DNA of 64,000 nucleotides, taken from positions 19,085,953-19,149,952 of the forward strand of contig CM119270.1 of the NCBI GenBank assembly GCA_051294375.1, read 5' to 3'. This DNA is from Paraspadella gotoi (taxonomy: Eukaryota > Animalia > Chaetognatha). The position numbers were made by a program, and so were the translations under genes. Below, one piece after another: positions 11,946 to 25,565 of this stretch; the first letter of the stretch is position 1; each line of letters starts with the position of its first letter. The notes under the pieces were generated by a model. The model had not been told where the DNA came from. It worked only from the letters and a program-made list of their open reading frames with translations, and searched no databases.

Positions 11946-12849
11946 TAATTGTGAAAAAAGAAGAGCATAAATTGGTGAAATTGAGACTATGAGCCATCCA
12001 GTCAGAAGACTTTCAGGTCCCGGTCAGAAATCTCTTTTCCCTCGCCTCCACCATTTTACGATCTTCATTGAAATCTGACATTTCCTTTCTCCAAACCCTT
12101 TCTCCCTTTACCCTCTCATCCTTTACCCACTCATCCTCTCTCCCTTTACCCTCTCATCCTTTACCCTCTCATCCTCTCTCCCTTCACCCTCTCATCCCTC
12201 TCTCTTCTGACATTTTCCCTTCTCCAATATCACCCACTCACCCCCTCCACTTTTTCCGCCTCCCCCCCTTTGGCTCCCATTAGCGACTCGAGATGGCGCC
12301 GCCGGACATCTGCAGATTCGATGGAATCCTCGGACGTTGAGGATCCCGACTTTGGTCAGGAAAATGGACGGCAATCGGGGCACCCCAATTGGCAATTGCG
12401 CCAAATGGCAATTGCACGAAACGGCAATGGCGCTAAAGGGATTAAACAATGGAAAGGCTATTTGAATTTGAGACGAAAATAAATCTAAATTTAGTAAAAG
12501 ATTTAAAAATAGTCCATGTAAACGTTTTGAATGAGACCGGGCAAACATTACGTCGGTACACAATGCGTTTTTAAAATAGAAATTAAATTAGGTTTTGAAA
12601 TCAGGCACGAGGTTCCATTCCTCCGAACCTAACGGTGGATATGGAAAATAAACATTCGGAAAACAAAAAGCGAATCGCTAATTTTATTTTCGCTTGGATA
12701 AGCAAAAATGAAAAATAAGCAAAAATGAAAAGAAAGAAACAAAAAGTCAATTTCACTTTTTCGCTTTCAAACGCAATTTTGACGAAACACGTCCGACGTC
12801 GAAAGAGAAAGAAGAGGAGAATGGCACGTGATGAGGCGGGAGGGGGTGG

Positions 12850-13100
12850 AGGATGGCAATGTGGTGGCAAGGAACATGGCAAAACTATGGCAAGGCGGTG
12901 GGAAAGAATATGTCAAAACTATGGCAAGTCGGTGGCAAAGAACATGCTAAAATTATGGCAAGGCGGTGGCAAGGAAATATGGCAAAACTATTTACAAGGC
13001 GGAGGCAAAGAATATGGTAATACTATTTAAAAGAATGACAAAGCTATGATATGACGGATTATAAAGAATATGGAAAAAGTATGGCATGGCGGTGGCAAAG
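12850..13100 (+). repeat. Degenerate ~33-bp minisatellite (GGCGGTGGCAAAGAATATGGCAAAACTATGGCAA-like)
   Basis: Several diverged tandem copies. Confidence 0.7.
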
Positions 13101-13698
13101 GGAATGGGACGATGGAACTGAAGAAATGAATGATGGTAAAAAGATGATGATAGATGACAAATGGAGTTAGATGGAAAAAAAAGGCTAACGATGAGATGAG
13201 ATCGAAAGTTGAAAAGAAAATCAAGATAAAAGAGATAATTTATGCCTTTATGATGTAATTAATCTCGTAATGTCATAATGTAATATCTAATAAATATAAA
13301 TATAAAATAAATATTAAGTATTGAAAAATCTGAAAAATTTAAAATAGTAATTTTGAAAATTTTGATAATTCATATTTTACGTATATTTGTTGATTATAAA
13401 AAGGGCTTAATAAACAGGACGAAGGGAAAGTGAAAAAGTGAAAAGATTAAAAAAAAAAACAATGGGTTTTATTTCATAGAATAAAATGGTTTACGACCAA
13501 ACGGTAATTATAAATGGCGAAGGCAAAAGAGGAATGGCACGGTTATATGGTCGTAAGATTACGACGAGGCAAATGGCGAATGGTTCTGGAACAGAGATGG
13601 CATTGAGACGGCATTAGAACGGCATTGATATGGCGACGCTTCGAACGCGGAGAGGCGGAGCGGAGGGGGCGTCGACGTCAACGTTATTCGCGTCGCGG

Positions 13699-13773
<75 letters not shown>
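13699..13773 (+). repeat. (GAC)n microsatellite
   Basis: About 25 perfect units. Shorter tracts at ~7658, ~10031, ~38568 and ~42823. Confidence 0.95.
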
Positions 13774-14646
13774 CGGATAATGAAACGAATTAATTAGATT
13801 ATCGTTTTTAGCATCCGCGATATAATCGAAGTTAATCGAATAATGGGAAAAAAATAATGATAAAAAAATAAGCAATGAGTTTCCGAGGGATGAGGGGTTT
13901 TTTTTATCCATTAATATTTTTTTAATATATTTTTATCGTCGATAACGACCAAAGATAAAATGAATAAAAATGATTAAGATCGCAGAGTAAAAACGCGATT
14001 TGATCCGAATCTGAAACGAGGCTGGCGCGGCGATGGTCTTTTCTTTTTTGGCGGAGTTTTTTAAGACAAGGGGGAAAAAAATTTAAAAATCGTGCGAATT
14101 AAAAAGAAAAAAATATTAAAAAACATCCTGTCGTTGAGATACGCTAACTTCTGGCATCGACAGAGAGCGCTGGAGTTTTTTTAAGCGTTGCTCTTTTTTT
14201 TTTTGCTCGAAATTCGCGCCAAAAGTAGTGAGATTACGAGGAGCAAACAAATTCCGAGTTCAGCCCAAAAAGTCTTTTTTTTTCATTCGATGATTTTCAG
14301 ACTTTCCGCTGCCAAGCGCATGAGGTCGTTGGAGCGCTCTTTGCGTTTTTGGTTTGGTTTAGTTTGGATTGAATGATATAAAAGATAAGATAATAGCAGA
14401 TAATAACAGATGTTAACAGATGTTAACGATACAAGATTCGGGGATGAGATTAAATCATGATGGAATATGAAACCTGCGCATTAAAGAAAAACCAGATTGT
14501 TAAAATATTAAAATTCTCACAAGTGGTTGGCAGAATTTTTTGGGCGTAGGTGGAGGTTCTGATCTCAGGGATAAAAATGGATCTGGGACAATTTAGTCCT
14601 GGCGGTCACGACCGGGGAGGTTATTCATGGTCGGAACGAGAGAGAA

Positions 14647-14700
<54 letters not shown>

Positions 14701-16211
14701 AGAAGAGAGAGAGAGAGGAGAGAGAGAGAGAGGAAATGCGGACAGGGCTTGGTTTTTAGCGGAAACATGAGTGAGAGACAGTTCAAAGAAAAAACGAATA
14801 CGTATGTATATGAAAAAGCGCCAAAATTTCATCTTTTTTTTTTCAAAATTATCTTATTAAAAATTACGATTTGGTTGTTTAAAAAAGAATCGTGATTTTC
14901 GTATGTAAAACTAAAAGACACGACGGTTATATCACGATGAACTGTGAACAAATGAGAGACGAAAAAGTCACAACAAATCAAATATCGTCGACGAATTCAT
15001 CTTCACGTGAACAAAGTTGTTAACAGGTGAGTTTTGTTTAATTTTTTTATCATTAACTGTGAAGTTTAGCTGTCCAAAGGGAAAACTATTTTTTGGGTAT
15101 TTTTTTTAATGATTCGGTGCAGTTATTATACAAAAATAAAAAATAACGTTCATCGGGGATCGAGTGATTAATTTGAAGAAAATTATTCTCGACAAAATGA
15201 AACCGGCTCGGAAATCCTATGTCTATCGATCTATGTCTATCATTGTCTATCATTTTTTATTAAATAAATCTAAGATAAATTAATTAAAGAATTTGGTCCC
15301 TTTCGTTGGGTTGAGGCAGCATTGTGATAAAATTTGTCATAGACTATAGAGCTGGGCTTTCACATTTGCTTGCCCATTTGTGAAAACTCACAATATCAAT
15401 GCTTTTTCCCCAAAAAAAATTGACCTAAAACTCTCCGTCAATTTTCAAGTTTTTTTTTCGCATCTACAAGTTTTTTTCTGGTTTGTTTGTTTTACTAAAG
15501 TGTTTCGTCTTTTGTTTGATTTTTGTCGGAGGAGGAAAGAAAGAAAGAAAAGGAAACAAAAGGTTTAATATTTTTCTGGTTTTTTTTTCTTTTTTTTTTA
15601 ACTAAATCCAGGGATTTTTGAAGGAAAAAAAAAGGAGAAAAGTAAGCAAAGAAAAGGCGAAAGAATTGAAGCAGAGAGTCGAAATCAATAGTAAATGAAA
15701 GAAAAGAAAAAAAGTAAAAGAAAAAAGAAAGGAGTCTAGAATAAGAGAAGATAAAAAGAATAGATGAAATAGGAGAATATGGTTCTTTTAATAATAGATA
15801 AATATATAAATTGTATAAAGAAATAATTAGGCATTCGCGTGCTGAAAATATTACTTTAAATTTTTTGTCCGTTATTCCGTCAGCTTCTATTTTAAAATTA
15901 GGACGGTTATCTCTTTAAACCTTCACACCCGTTGACTCTGGCAGAGAATGAAAAGGGTCATAATAAAAAAAAAAAAAAGAAACGGCTAAAATTGATTACA
16001 AGCGATAAAAATAACAATAAAACGATAAATTGATGTAACAAAAAGAAAAAGAAAAAAATCTAAGCGAAGATCGAAAATTTCAGTCTTTTTCTGTCAAAAG
16101 GTCATCATTTTCACAGGAGAAAAAAAAAGATCACCGGCGCACGAGGCTGAACAATTTGTGAGGATATTCGAAACAATTGCGAATAACGAGAGAGAGAGGA
16201 GAAGAGTAGAC

Positions 16212-16250
<39 letters not shown>

Positions 16251-16251
16251 C

Positions 16252-16292
<41 letters not shown>

Positions 16293-17388
16293 GAGATTAC
16301 AAAGAAGAGATATGGTTTGTAGCGTTGCAGAAACTTTTGAGTTGTACATCCAATTTTAAAATCGCAATAACAAAATCCATACACGATTCGATTTCGCGAA
16401 GAAAATCGAAAATAAAAATGACAACAACAACAACGACGACAACGACGAGGACCAAATCCCTGGCCTCGAGTCGGTCGAGGATCGATCAACGACCAAGGGT
16501 GACGACCGAAGGTTGGAGGGTTGCGGNNNNNNNNNNCATTTCTTTTCAATGTCGGCGTCGAAGGTGGGAGCGACGACCCGCGGTTTTTTTAGGTTGTTGT
16601 TGTTGTTTTCCTTGTTGTTGTTTCATTTGATGTTGTTATTGTCATTGTTGTTTTCCTTGTTTTTGTTTTTGTTGTTGTGATTATATTTGTTGTTGTTGTC
16701 ATCGTTATTGTTTTAGTTGATGTTGTTGTCCTTGTTGTTAATTACTTTTATCGAAGTCGTTATCATCGCCTTTTAGATGTTGTTGTTGTTATACCCGGGT
16801 TTGATTTGTTTTGTTCGTCGTCGAATTAATCGTCATCGTCTTCTCGGTGATCGTTGTTGTTGTTGTCATCATTTCTCCGGTCATCATTTGTCGGCGAGTG
16901 TCATCGATTTCGTTGTGGTCGTCGTGGATGTGATCGTCGTCGTCATTGTCATCATCTTCGTCGTCGTCGTCGTAATTGTCATCATCTTCGTCGTCGTGCC
17001 CTTCGTCGAATTTCATTTCTTTGCGTAAACGAATTTCTTTCGGTCGAAAAGAAGAAAGAAAAACTCGGACGTATTTAGTAACGCGGATTTTTAAGGTTGT
17101 GGAAAATATTGTATTTTTTTATATTCGATTAAAAAATATAAAAAAAAGTTAAACCAGTTTTCGTATCCTTTAAAAAAAAAAGGCGTCGTAATATAAATTA
17201 AATTCTTTTTTTTTTCGCGGGCGTATTTTTTTTTTAAATTTTGTTTTCATTTTTTTATTTGTTTAATTCTTTTGTTTGTTTTAACCATCGCTGTTTTAAA
17301 TCCATTTCATTTTTTTTCATTTTTTCGTCGCCGAAAGATAAAAAAAGGCGCCTTTTTCGTCTCTCTCCTCTCCTTGGGCCGTCTCTCT

Positions 17389-17431
<43 letters not shown>

Positions 17432-18036
17432 TATCTCTGTTTTCTTCCTTGAAACTCATTCCGCGTCCATGGAGCGATAGAGAGAGAGATATTTGGGTCG
17501 CGCGCTTCCTCATTCTCTTCTCGCTCTTCCTTCTTCTATATAAAAACACTGGAATTTCGCTCTTCATCTTTCCGCTCTTCCTCCTTTCTTAAGATTACTG
17601 CTTTTCTCTTCCTCCTCATCCTCGTTCTCTCCTCGCGCGCCCCTTCCTCTTCATCTTCTGCTCATCCCCTTTCATTCACAGAGAGATGGTAGGGAAGGGG
17701 GGGGGAGCAGGGATCACTGGCCGAGATGGATGTGAATATTAAAATCTGAAAGACTCGATCTCTTTTCTGAGAAATCGGAACGTTTTAATTCTTATCTTTT
17801 TTTACGTTAATTTTTATTTTTTACCTTGTGTTCTTTTCGGCTTTATATTTTTGTTGCATTGTACTTAAAATTTCACCCTAACCTTCTATTCTTATTAAAA
17901 ATACCACGTTTTTTTTTCCTATCTTTTATTTTTCTTCTTTTATGTTTTTTTTATTTTTTTTTAAATTTTTCTTTCTTTGACTTAATTTTTTTTATATCTT
18001 TCCGTTCAACTTTTTTTCTGTTTCTGTTTTTGTTTT

Positions 18037-18138
18037 GTTTTTCTTTTCTTTTCTTTTCTTTTCTTTTCTTTTCTTTTCTTTTCTTTTCTTTTCTTTTCTT
18101 TTCTTTTCTTTTCTTTTCTTTTCTTTTCTTTTCTTTTC
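18037..18138 (+). repeat. (TTTTC)n microsatellite
   Basis: About 20 tandem units. Confidence 0.9.
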
Positions 18139-21100
18139 TATCTTTCTTTCTCGACGGTCGAGGCTGCTTTAAACTCCGCAGCGGCGTCGGAAAAGCTGCA
18201 GCGGCGTCAGAACTTTTGCGGCGGCGCTGGTGTAAAAAATGGCGGCGTCGTCGCTGGACTTTGATCTTCGGCGATGACCATGACTACGATAAGGACGACG
18301 ACAATAACAACGACGACGATGACAATAACAACGACGACGATAACGACGACGACGAGATAATCCTTAACTTAAGGTCAAGCTACTTAAAGGAACGTATGAG
18401 AATTAAGCCTTGCAAGCAAAGGCCTCTAAAAAATAGGACAATATCTTGCCCTGACTTTGGACAGTTTTAGTACAACCAATATTGAAGCGATAGGGATTGA
18501 AGTTTTATTTAGAGACATAGGTCCGACTTCGTCCCTAAGCTCCACCACTCAAACGAAGGACTTGATATATTTGGGGATTAGGTTTAGTCCAATAATTATT
18601 TAACAAAAAAGTAATTTTTAGGCGTGTTGATTATTATTTTTTAACGAATTATTTTGGTTTTCACTAAAATCAACTCTTAGCTACAGCTGAAATATTCTCT
18701 GATACAATTTGCTACAATATGCAAATGAGAAAAAGGACCTTCTTCGTGTTTAATTAAAAGACTTGGAAACAACATTGGGATAACGCATAAAATTCATATA
18801 TAATCTTCGAGTTTGACTATCTCCAAAAAGGAATAATATTTTGGGGCATAAATTTCCCCAAGCCTAATTGGAAAAAGCTACATTAATAAATCAATCGAAA
18901 CTCGTTACTTTGTTTTTTACGCCGGTTAAAAGATAGAAATTTATGATACCTGAAACCGATAAGATTGTGCAGTATTTGTTTATTTGATCTCGCCTATGAG
19001 TATATTTATCACATCTTTTGAAAATTAAAACATCATCAATCATTATAATGATAATGTTATTTATCATTATACCTTAAAGAAACGCTTTTGACAACATAAA
19101 AATAAATATTCATACTAACAATAGTATTATGATATTAAAAAGAAAAACAGTGACTGTAATCAGAATAAAGATACTAATGAAAATTCAAAATGTTAAAAGA
19201 TATTATATTAGCATTTGTTAGTTGTGTTTTTTTCGAGAAAACTTAAAACAACTTCTGCCATCTGTCGCTATTACGTCACCGAAGTCGAATGTGAACAAAA
19301 GGCAAACGTTTTCAACGAGTCAGAACTTTTTCTTTATCCCCTTACCGTTGTTGGACGGCACATCCACGAATACCAGACAACAGAAATTACGTATGTCCAT
19401 TTTTTCCTTCGACTTGGATGAAAAAATGCGTTTTCTTCTGCGTTCGTGAATAATCATTATTATTGCTGCCAGTGAAGATTATAGTTTACATCTTGACTTG
19501 AGTATATATGCCTCGGACGTTTAATTTGTTTAATCTAGTCAGTAGACTCTATATCTAAAAATCTTTAAGAAAAAACTAATAGTTGCGCATTGAATCAAAA
19601 TTAAAATGTACAGACCTGTACAAAAAAAAAAGAGGATCCCCTAAAACATTACTCAAATAAATTTTATAAGATTCCTTTATATTTAAAAATATTATGGCTT
19701 AATAAACTTAATATAAAAAAATTATTAGTACAAATTAGGTTCAAGTTTAGCAATCCATTTTTGAACAATGATTTTTTTATAAATAATTACTCAAAATAAA
19801 AAAAATTACATATTTTAACCATTTATATTTAAAATATCATATATTTAAAATGATTAAACTAATTTCTTTTTAATTTACACATATATTCTTTTTTTAAAAA
19901 TACACTTCTCCCATATCAAATTTTTTATGATACTTAAATACATCACCCAAAAACTAGCTTTTAAATTGTTAGACTAATTTTTAAAAAAATTATATTGACC
20001 AATTAAAATTATTTTAAATATATACATAAAACTCGCGTGATTTAAGATTTAAGAGCATCTTTTTTTTTTTTGCACAAGGCTACATGATATTTTGTTTTCT
20101 CATTTCAGCTTATACGAGCAGCCATCTCGAGATCGTCAAACAAAATTTCCATTTTTGTTTTTCAAGGTTTTTTTTTTAGTGACGTAAGATAACATTAGCT
20201 CAATCCACGTAACTCGTTATCTAACTTTAGCATATTAAAGACTTAAATATCACTTTAAATGCTATCTCTTTAGCAGACTCAATCCTATTGCGTAACAGTT
20301 TACGAAATTCAGTAGGCTTAATCGGATTGACTGAGAGCCAATGGGTTCGTGTTGAACACTACCGTTCATAATTCTATCAGTTACTTACCCAAAATATTTT
20401 TTCCCATTCAACCCTTTTACAATTACATTATCTAATTTAGGATCGAGTAAAATATCTTTCTAACAAAATATCAAATAAAACACGAGTTTTGAATAAGAAG
20501 AATAAGAATATATTCAACTACATCAGGTTTAATCAGGTTTAAAGATAATGAAGCGAAGCCGTCAGCTTTTGAAATAGGAATGTTAAAGCCATAACATCCA
20601 AAACAATGGTTCAAAGTGAATCGAGGGATTGAGGAAAGGATGGGAGATGGTCACACATTGTCTCGGAGGCTTCACAAAGTAACTAATAATATACATTAAA
20701 TAAATTTTTTTTAGGAAGTGAATGATCAGTATTCATGATCGATGATACAAATATAAATAGCATACATTGTACTAATGTAGTTTTTCGTAACCCTTGAGTT
20801 TCTTCCGTGAAAAATAAAAATTCACTCGAGGAAAACTTCACGGTTTTTTTGTCGGTTCGTGAATGAAAGAATCAAACGAACAAATAATTCGAGGTCGTCG
20901 AAAACGTGTTGAAGTTTCGTGGAAGAACGGTGAGGGTTTGGAATTTAACAAAAATGAACTAACACAAGCTGAACAAACTGATCATTGTGATTTGGACAGA
21001 CGCAGTTTGGGAAAAAATAAAATTGTCATCAAATGTACAGAGTAATTTTTTTTAAAAATGACGTAAGAGGAAAAAAACAATTGCTTTTAAAATTTTCTAA

Positions 21101-23104
21101 TAAAAATTATTAAAAAAAAAAAAAGACGCGCACTTTTGTACAAGGTGTTATAAATTTTACAAATGATTTTCTCCAAAATTTTAAAATAATTTTTAGAACA
21201 TTAAGAAATTGCGCGCATGGATAAGGAAATGAAATAGTTTTGAAATAAATAAATTTGGGAGAACAACAAACACAAAAACGTTTGACGTCAAGAAAACAAC
21301 ACGACTACTATTAATAAGGAATGACATTACATCGTAATACCTATCGTACTAACAACGAAATCATTCATCGAATTATACAACTTTCCCGATCAGAAAACGA
21401 CCTGGAAATTTCAAAAAGGCCACAATTAGTTATTCCCGTTTCTAGAGATGATAGCTAAAGAATTGGATATGTCTCATGATAGTGAGCAAATTAGCACTTT
21501 TAAAAAAAATGCATTCGATTGCAAGATTTAATTATTGTTAAAAAGCGGTTTGATTATAGCTGAAATTGTTTGCATAGTTAATAATTTTTTGTCATTAAGA
21601 GCCAGATTTGTTCACCTAATAATGAAAGTTGAGTTAACAACAAAAACGCTCACTTCATGTTCAAATTAGTGGTTATTAAAAATGTTTGATAAGCCAGTCT
21701 TTAACAATGCATCATCGCACAACTCGTTTAAAAACAAATACAATCGGTAATTCGGGTCGCAAATAGCACATTCGGATAAACTAAATCGAAACTAATTCAA
21801 AACTTACGAAAAAATGAATTAAAAAAAAGTTTATATGACGGCGTGTCCTCAAAAGACAAGCAGCGGTGCGCGAGGCACTACAATTCCGCAAAAACCTGCA
21901 GATTACCTTAATACAGTAAAAAATACTTAAAAATAAAGTTTTTATGACTTTGAAGAAAATAAAAAGAGTTTTTAGTCCTCAAACAGGACTGTTTCAATAG
22001 AAAGATACAGTAATTTGTTCTTATAAGGTAATTGTAATTAAAAACCTTCAGGCCTAAAAAAGAAATCAGTTGATACCATCGTACCTATCACAAGAATTCC
22101 ATAATATGAAATACAAACGCAAAGCTACTAATAAATAAATACTTGTCTCCTATATAATATCGAAATGTCCAGACGGAATAAGTATCATAAATAAATTTGA
22201 AATGGTCTACCTTTACAATTACAACCCTAAACACATCGTTTCGTCCTAATCAGGGGGAACTAAAATAAAAACCAGTTTATGTAATTAAACGCGATTACAT
22301 AATCGACCTAGGAACCATTTAAAAAATAATAAATACGCTAAAACATTCCATTTACATTTCACTAATTAGGATCTAAAACGACGGAGGGAACAAAAACGAG
22401 GGCTTGGGAAAAGGGATGGAAGAAAATGAGCGAAGATGGGATTTTAGCTTGGGTTCGTTACGGTTCGCTGCGGTAGCTATAATTTATAGTAGATATAAAT
22501 AGCTATGTATAAATTTTTAGTAACGTATTTATTGTATAAAAAATAGCAGCCTCCGCGTACCGTACGCACCGCTATAAGACGACGAAAATAGGGAGTATCA
22601 GCAATAAATAAACAAGGAGCAAACGCTGTTTATTATTTCACTGTTTACCATGTTTTCTTTCCCCCCCCCCACGCCAACCCACAATACCTAAAAAAAATTA
22701 CACCCTGAAAACCAAGACAGTGTCGAGCTCCGAAATTACGTGGGAGACCCAGCGAGCCGGCGTCTCCCACCAGTCCTTCCGATTAAATATTAAATATACA
22801 TACAATGCATATTCGTATAAATAAAGACGGAATAAAAACGAAGTTTAAATTTGAAAAAAAAAAAAAAACAGGCCGGGAGCTTTTTCTTTTTCTTGTCGCG
22901 ATCGGTTGGTTTCGTTGACGGGAGATGTATACATACACGCACACTCGAAGGCACTCGCTCTCTATCTTGATCCTTTCTCTCTCTCGCGATCGTTCGCGGT
23001 CCACAAAGGCAGAGATTTTTGAACTGTGTGGTGTTTGGGAGTTTTTTGGGGGGGAGAGTAGAACTGTAGAAGTGGGGGGGGGTTGGAGTCGGCGACGGCG
23101 AATT

Positions 23105-23240
23105 TCAAGAGGCAACGACGATGGGCGTGGAGGCGGCGCGGTCGAGCGAGGCGGCGGCCTTGGGCGCCGGCGTCACTTCCGGGTAAGAGTCGGCGGAAGA
23201 AGAGGAGGATTGAGAAGAGGAGGATGTTAAGCTCTCGTGG
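23105..23240 (-). CDS. PIM: Pim exon 7 (Ser-rich C-terminal tail)
   Basis: Acceptor ttccttcAG, phase 2; [44 protein letters not shown]. Confidence 0.8.
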
Positions 23241-25010
23241 CTGAAGGAAAACAAAATGGCGGAGATAAAGATTAAGATTTAAAAAAAATTTTTTTTTTAG
23301 ATATTTAAATCAAGATTTAAATGAGGGTAACGAAAAAAAAAAGACCACCATATAGTCACAGTCAACTAATTTACGATAATTACAGTCTTTCTAATTATTG
23401 TAAAACTTGTGAAAGCCAGAACAACGAAGGTAAAATAAATTATAATAAGGATTTATTTACATTTAATAAACAAACCTGGACGTAGAGGATTGATCCATGG
23501 ATATGAGTCTTCGCTTGTCGCTGCCGGCGGCGCCCTTAACCGAGTCTTTGAGCCAAGGGTGTTGCAGGATGCCCTCCAGAGTTGGCCGATCGTCCGGTCG
23601 CGGCGACAAGCATTTGCGGATCAAATCCCGAACGCCCTCCGACGGCTTGCCCCTCCACTTGAGAACCCCGCCCAGGATCTGCTCGTCCTGCTCGAAGGGA
23701 ATGTCCCCGCAGACCATGTCGAAGAGAAGAATGCCGAGTGACCACACCGTGGCCGGAATGCCGCGGTAGCGGTGGTGGCGGATCCACTCCGGCGGACTGT
23801 AAACGCGGGTGCCTGTGGATTGGAGAATGGAGAGAGGGGGTTTCGGAAATTAGGTAAGAAATGAGTATGAAATAATTAATCATTAATCATCATGACAGAA
23901 AAAATAAAAAAGTAAAAAAAACATTTTGTCACTTTTAATAAATTTATAAATAATTTTCTCGTATATTAATATCATCGCAGGAAATGGACCAGTGGATGGA
24001 TCTGATTTGCCTCTCTCGTCGAAGAAGGAAAGAAGAACGAAACTGACATCATTCACGTAAGGCGTTCATACGGTCTTTTCATCTAGATTTCAACGTAAAG
24101 GGAAAACTTCGCTTCGAACCTCACGGGGGGAAAAAACCCAATACAGAACCATATGTCGAAGAAATCGCGCGAACGATTCTCTCTCACAAAAATTCACAAT
24201 TCCCCCCCCACCAACCCTCCTTCCCCCCACGCCCCTTTTAAAACAATTGACGCTCGCGCGCCTTTTTCACGTGGGCGGAGCCACTGAGAGGGAAAGACGA
24301 GTCACGTGGTCGCGGCACCGACGTCATCGCCAATCGTCACGTGATTCTTTTGCGTCACGCGAAGGGCGTGGCGGAATCTAGTGGAAGAAAAAAAAAGGGG
24401 GGGGGAAGTAGGGGAGGAAGGCTCGCCCACGCGGCGGAAATCAATCTCGCTGACGTCTTCGGAGAACGAAACTGCGCAGTACGAAACGGCGCATATGTTC
24501 TCTTCTTTCCTTTATTTTCCTTTTTTTTTAAGTAGCGAGGGCTACATATGGCGAAAGATCCGTATTAGGTGAGCAAACTAGGGGGGCGGAATAATTCGAG
24601 CGCGAACTGCGTAATAAGAAGCACTCTCGCGCTCGCTCGCTCTCTCTCTCTCACACCTTATCATAAGTTCGATCTTCCTCTCTCGGCGCGAAAAAAAAAA
24701 TCCTCTTCGGTTAATCTCGTCTTTTTCTGGTCGATGGAACAAGGTCGAGGTTACGTTAAGAAGATATAAAATGACTATAAATAATATAATAGCATATCAG
24801 TAATTAAAATTTAGTATATTACTTTTATTAATTTTATATATCACTAACAAAAAACCTCAACTTTCCTATTTTTCCCCACATATCTGCATTCCTTATCGAT
24901 TGAGTAAGAAATCCAGTGCAAGAAATCGCGAGGGTTTTCGTGCGAGCAATGCAAGCATCGTCCTGTAAAGATCTGGGACAGAGTGACAACATGAGCCGAC
25001 GACAGAGCGC

Positions 25011-25065
<55 letters not shown>

Positions 25066-25483
25066 GGCGAGCTAGCACGGAGCCGTCGAGTGAGACACAG
25101 AAAAACGCGCCGAGGAAAAAAATTGAGCAAGAGAGACGGCGGTGCAGACAGTCTGTTGCCGCGCTTGCATTCGCTAGAAAGAGAGAGAAAGAGAGAGAGA
25201 GAGAGAGAGGTAAAAGAAAACGAGAGTAAGAAAAAAAGAGAAGGGATGAAACGGAGAAAGAACAGGAAAAAAGGAAAAAAGGAAAATAAGAAAAGTTAGA
25301 AAAAAGGAGAGAACCGACCGGGCCGAGTACATCCGGAGAGAGAGAGAGTGAATTTGAAAGCCACGTGGGCGGGAGGCACGCGCGTCTTTCGAACACAGAG
25401 AGAAAGAGAGAGAATTGGACAACCCAACGACGCCTCTTTTCAGCCAGAGACTTATTCATTTGGAATTCGTGGCCGGGGAGAGA

Positions 25484-25565
<82 letters not shown>

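Noticed and set aside
10896-11968. F/S/L-rich and R/K/E-rich ORFs
   Set aside because: Polypurine/polypyrimidine low-complexity DNA that simply lacks stop codons.
17826-18470. 214-aa ORF with a D/N-rich end
   Set aside because: Largely (TTTTC)n and (GAC/AAC)n repeats, with a non-ATG start.
19215-19449. Exon-like GC island with possible AG/GT boundaries (19346-19437, minus strand)
   Set aside because: No frame resembles a known protein and no partner exons were found.
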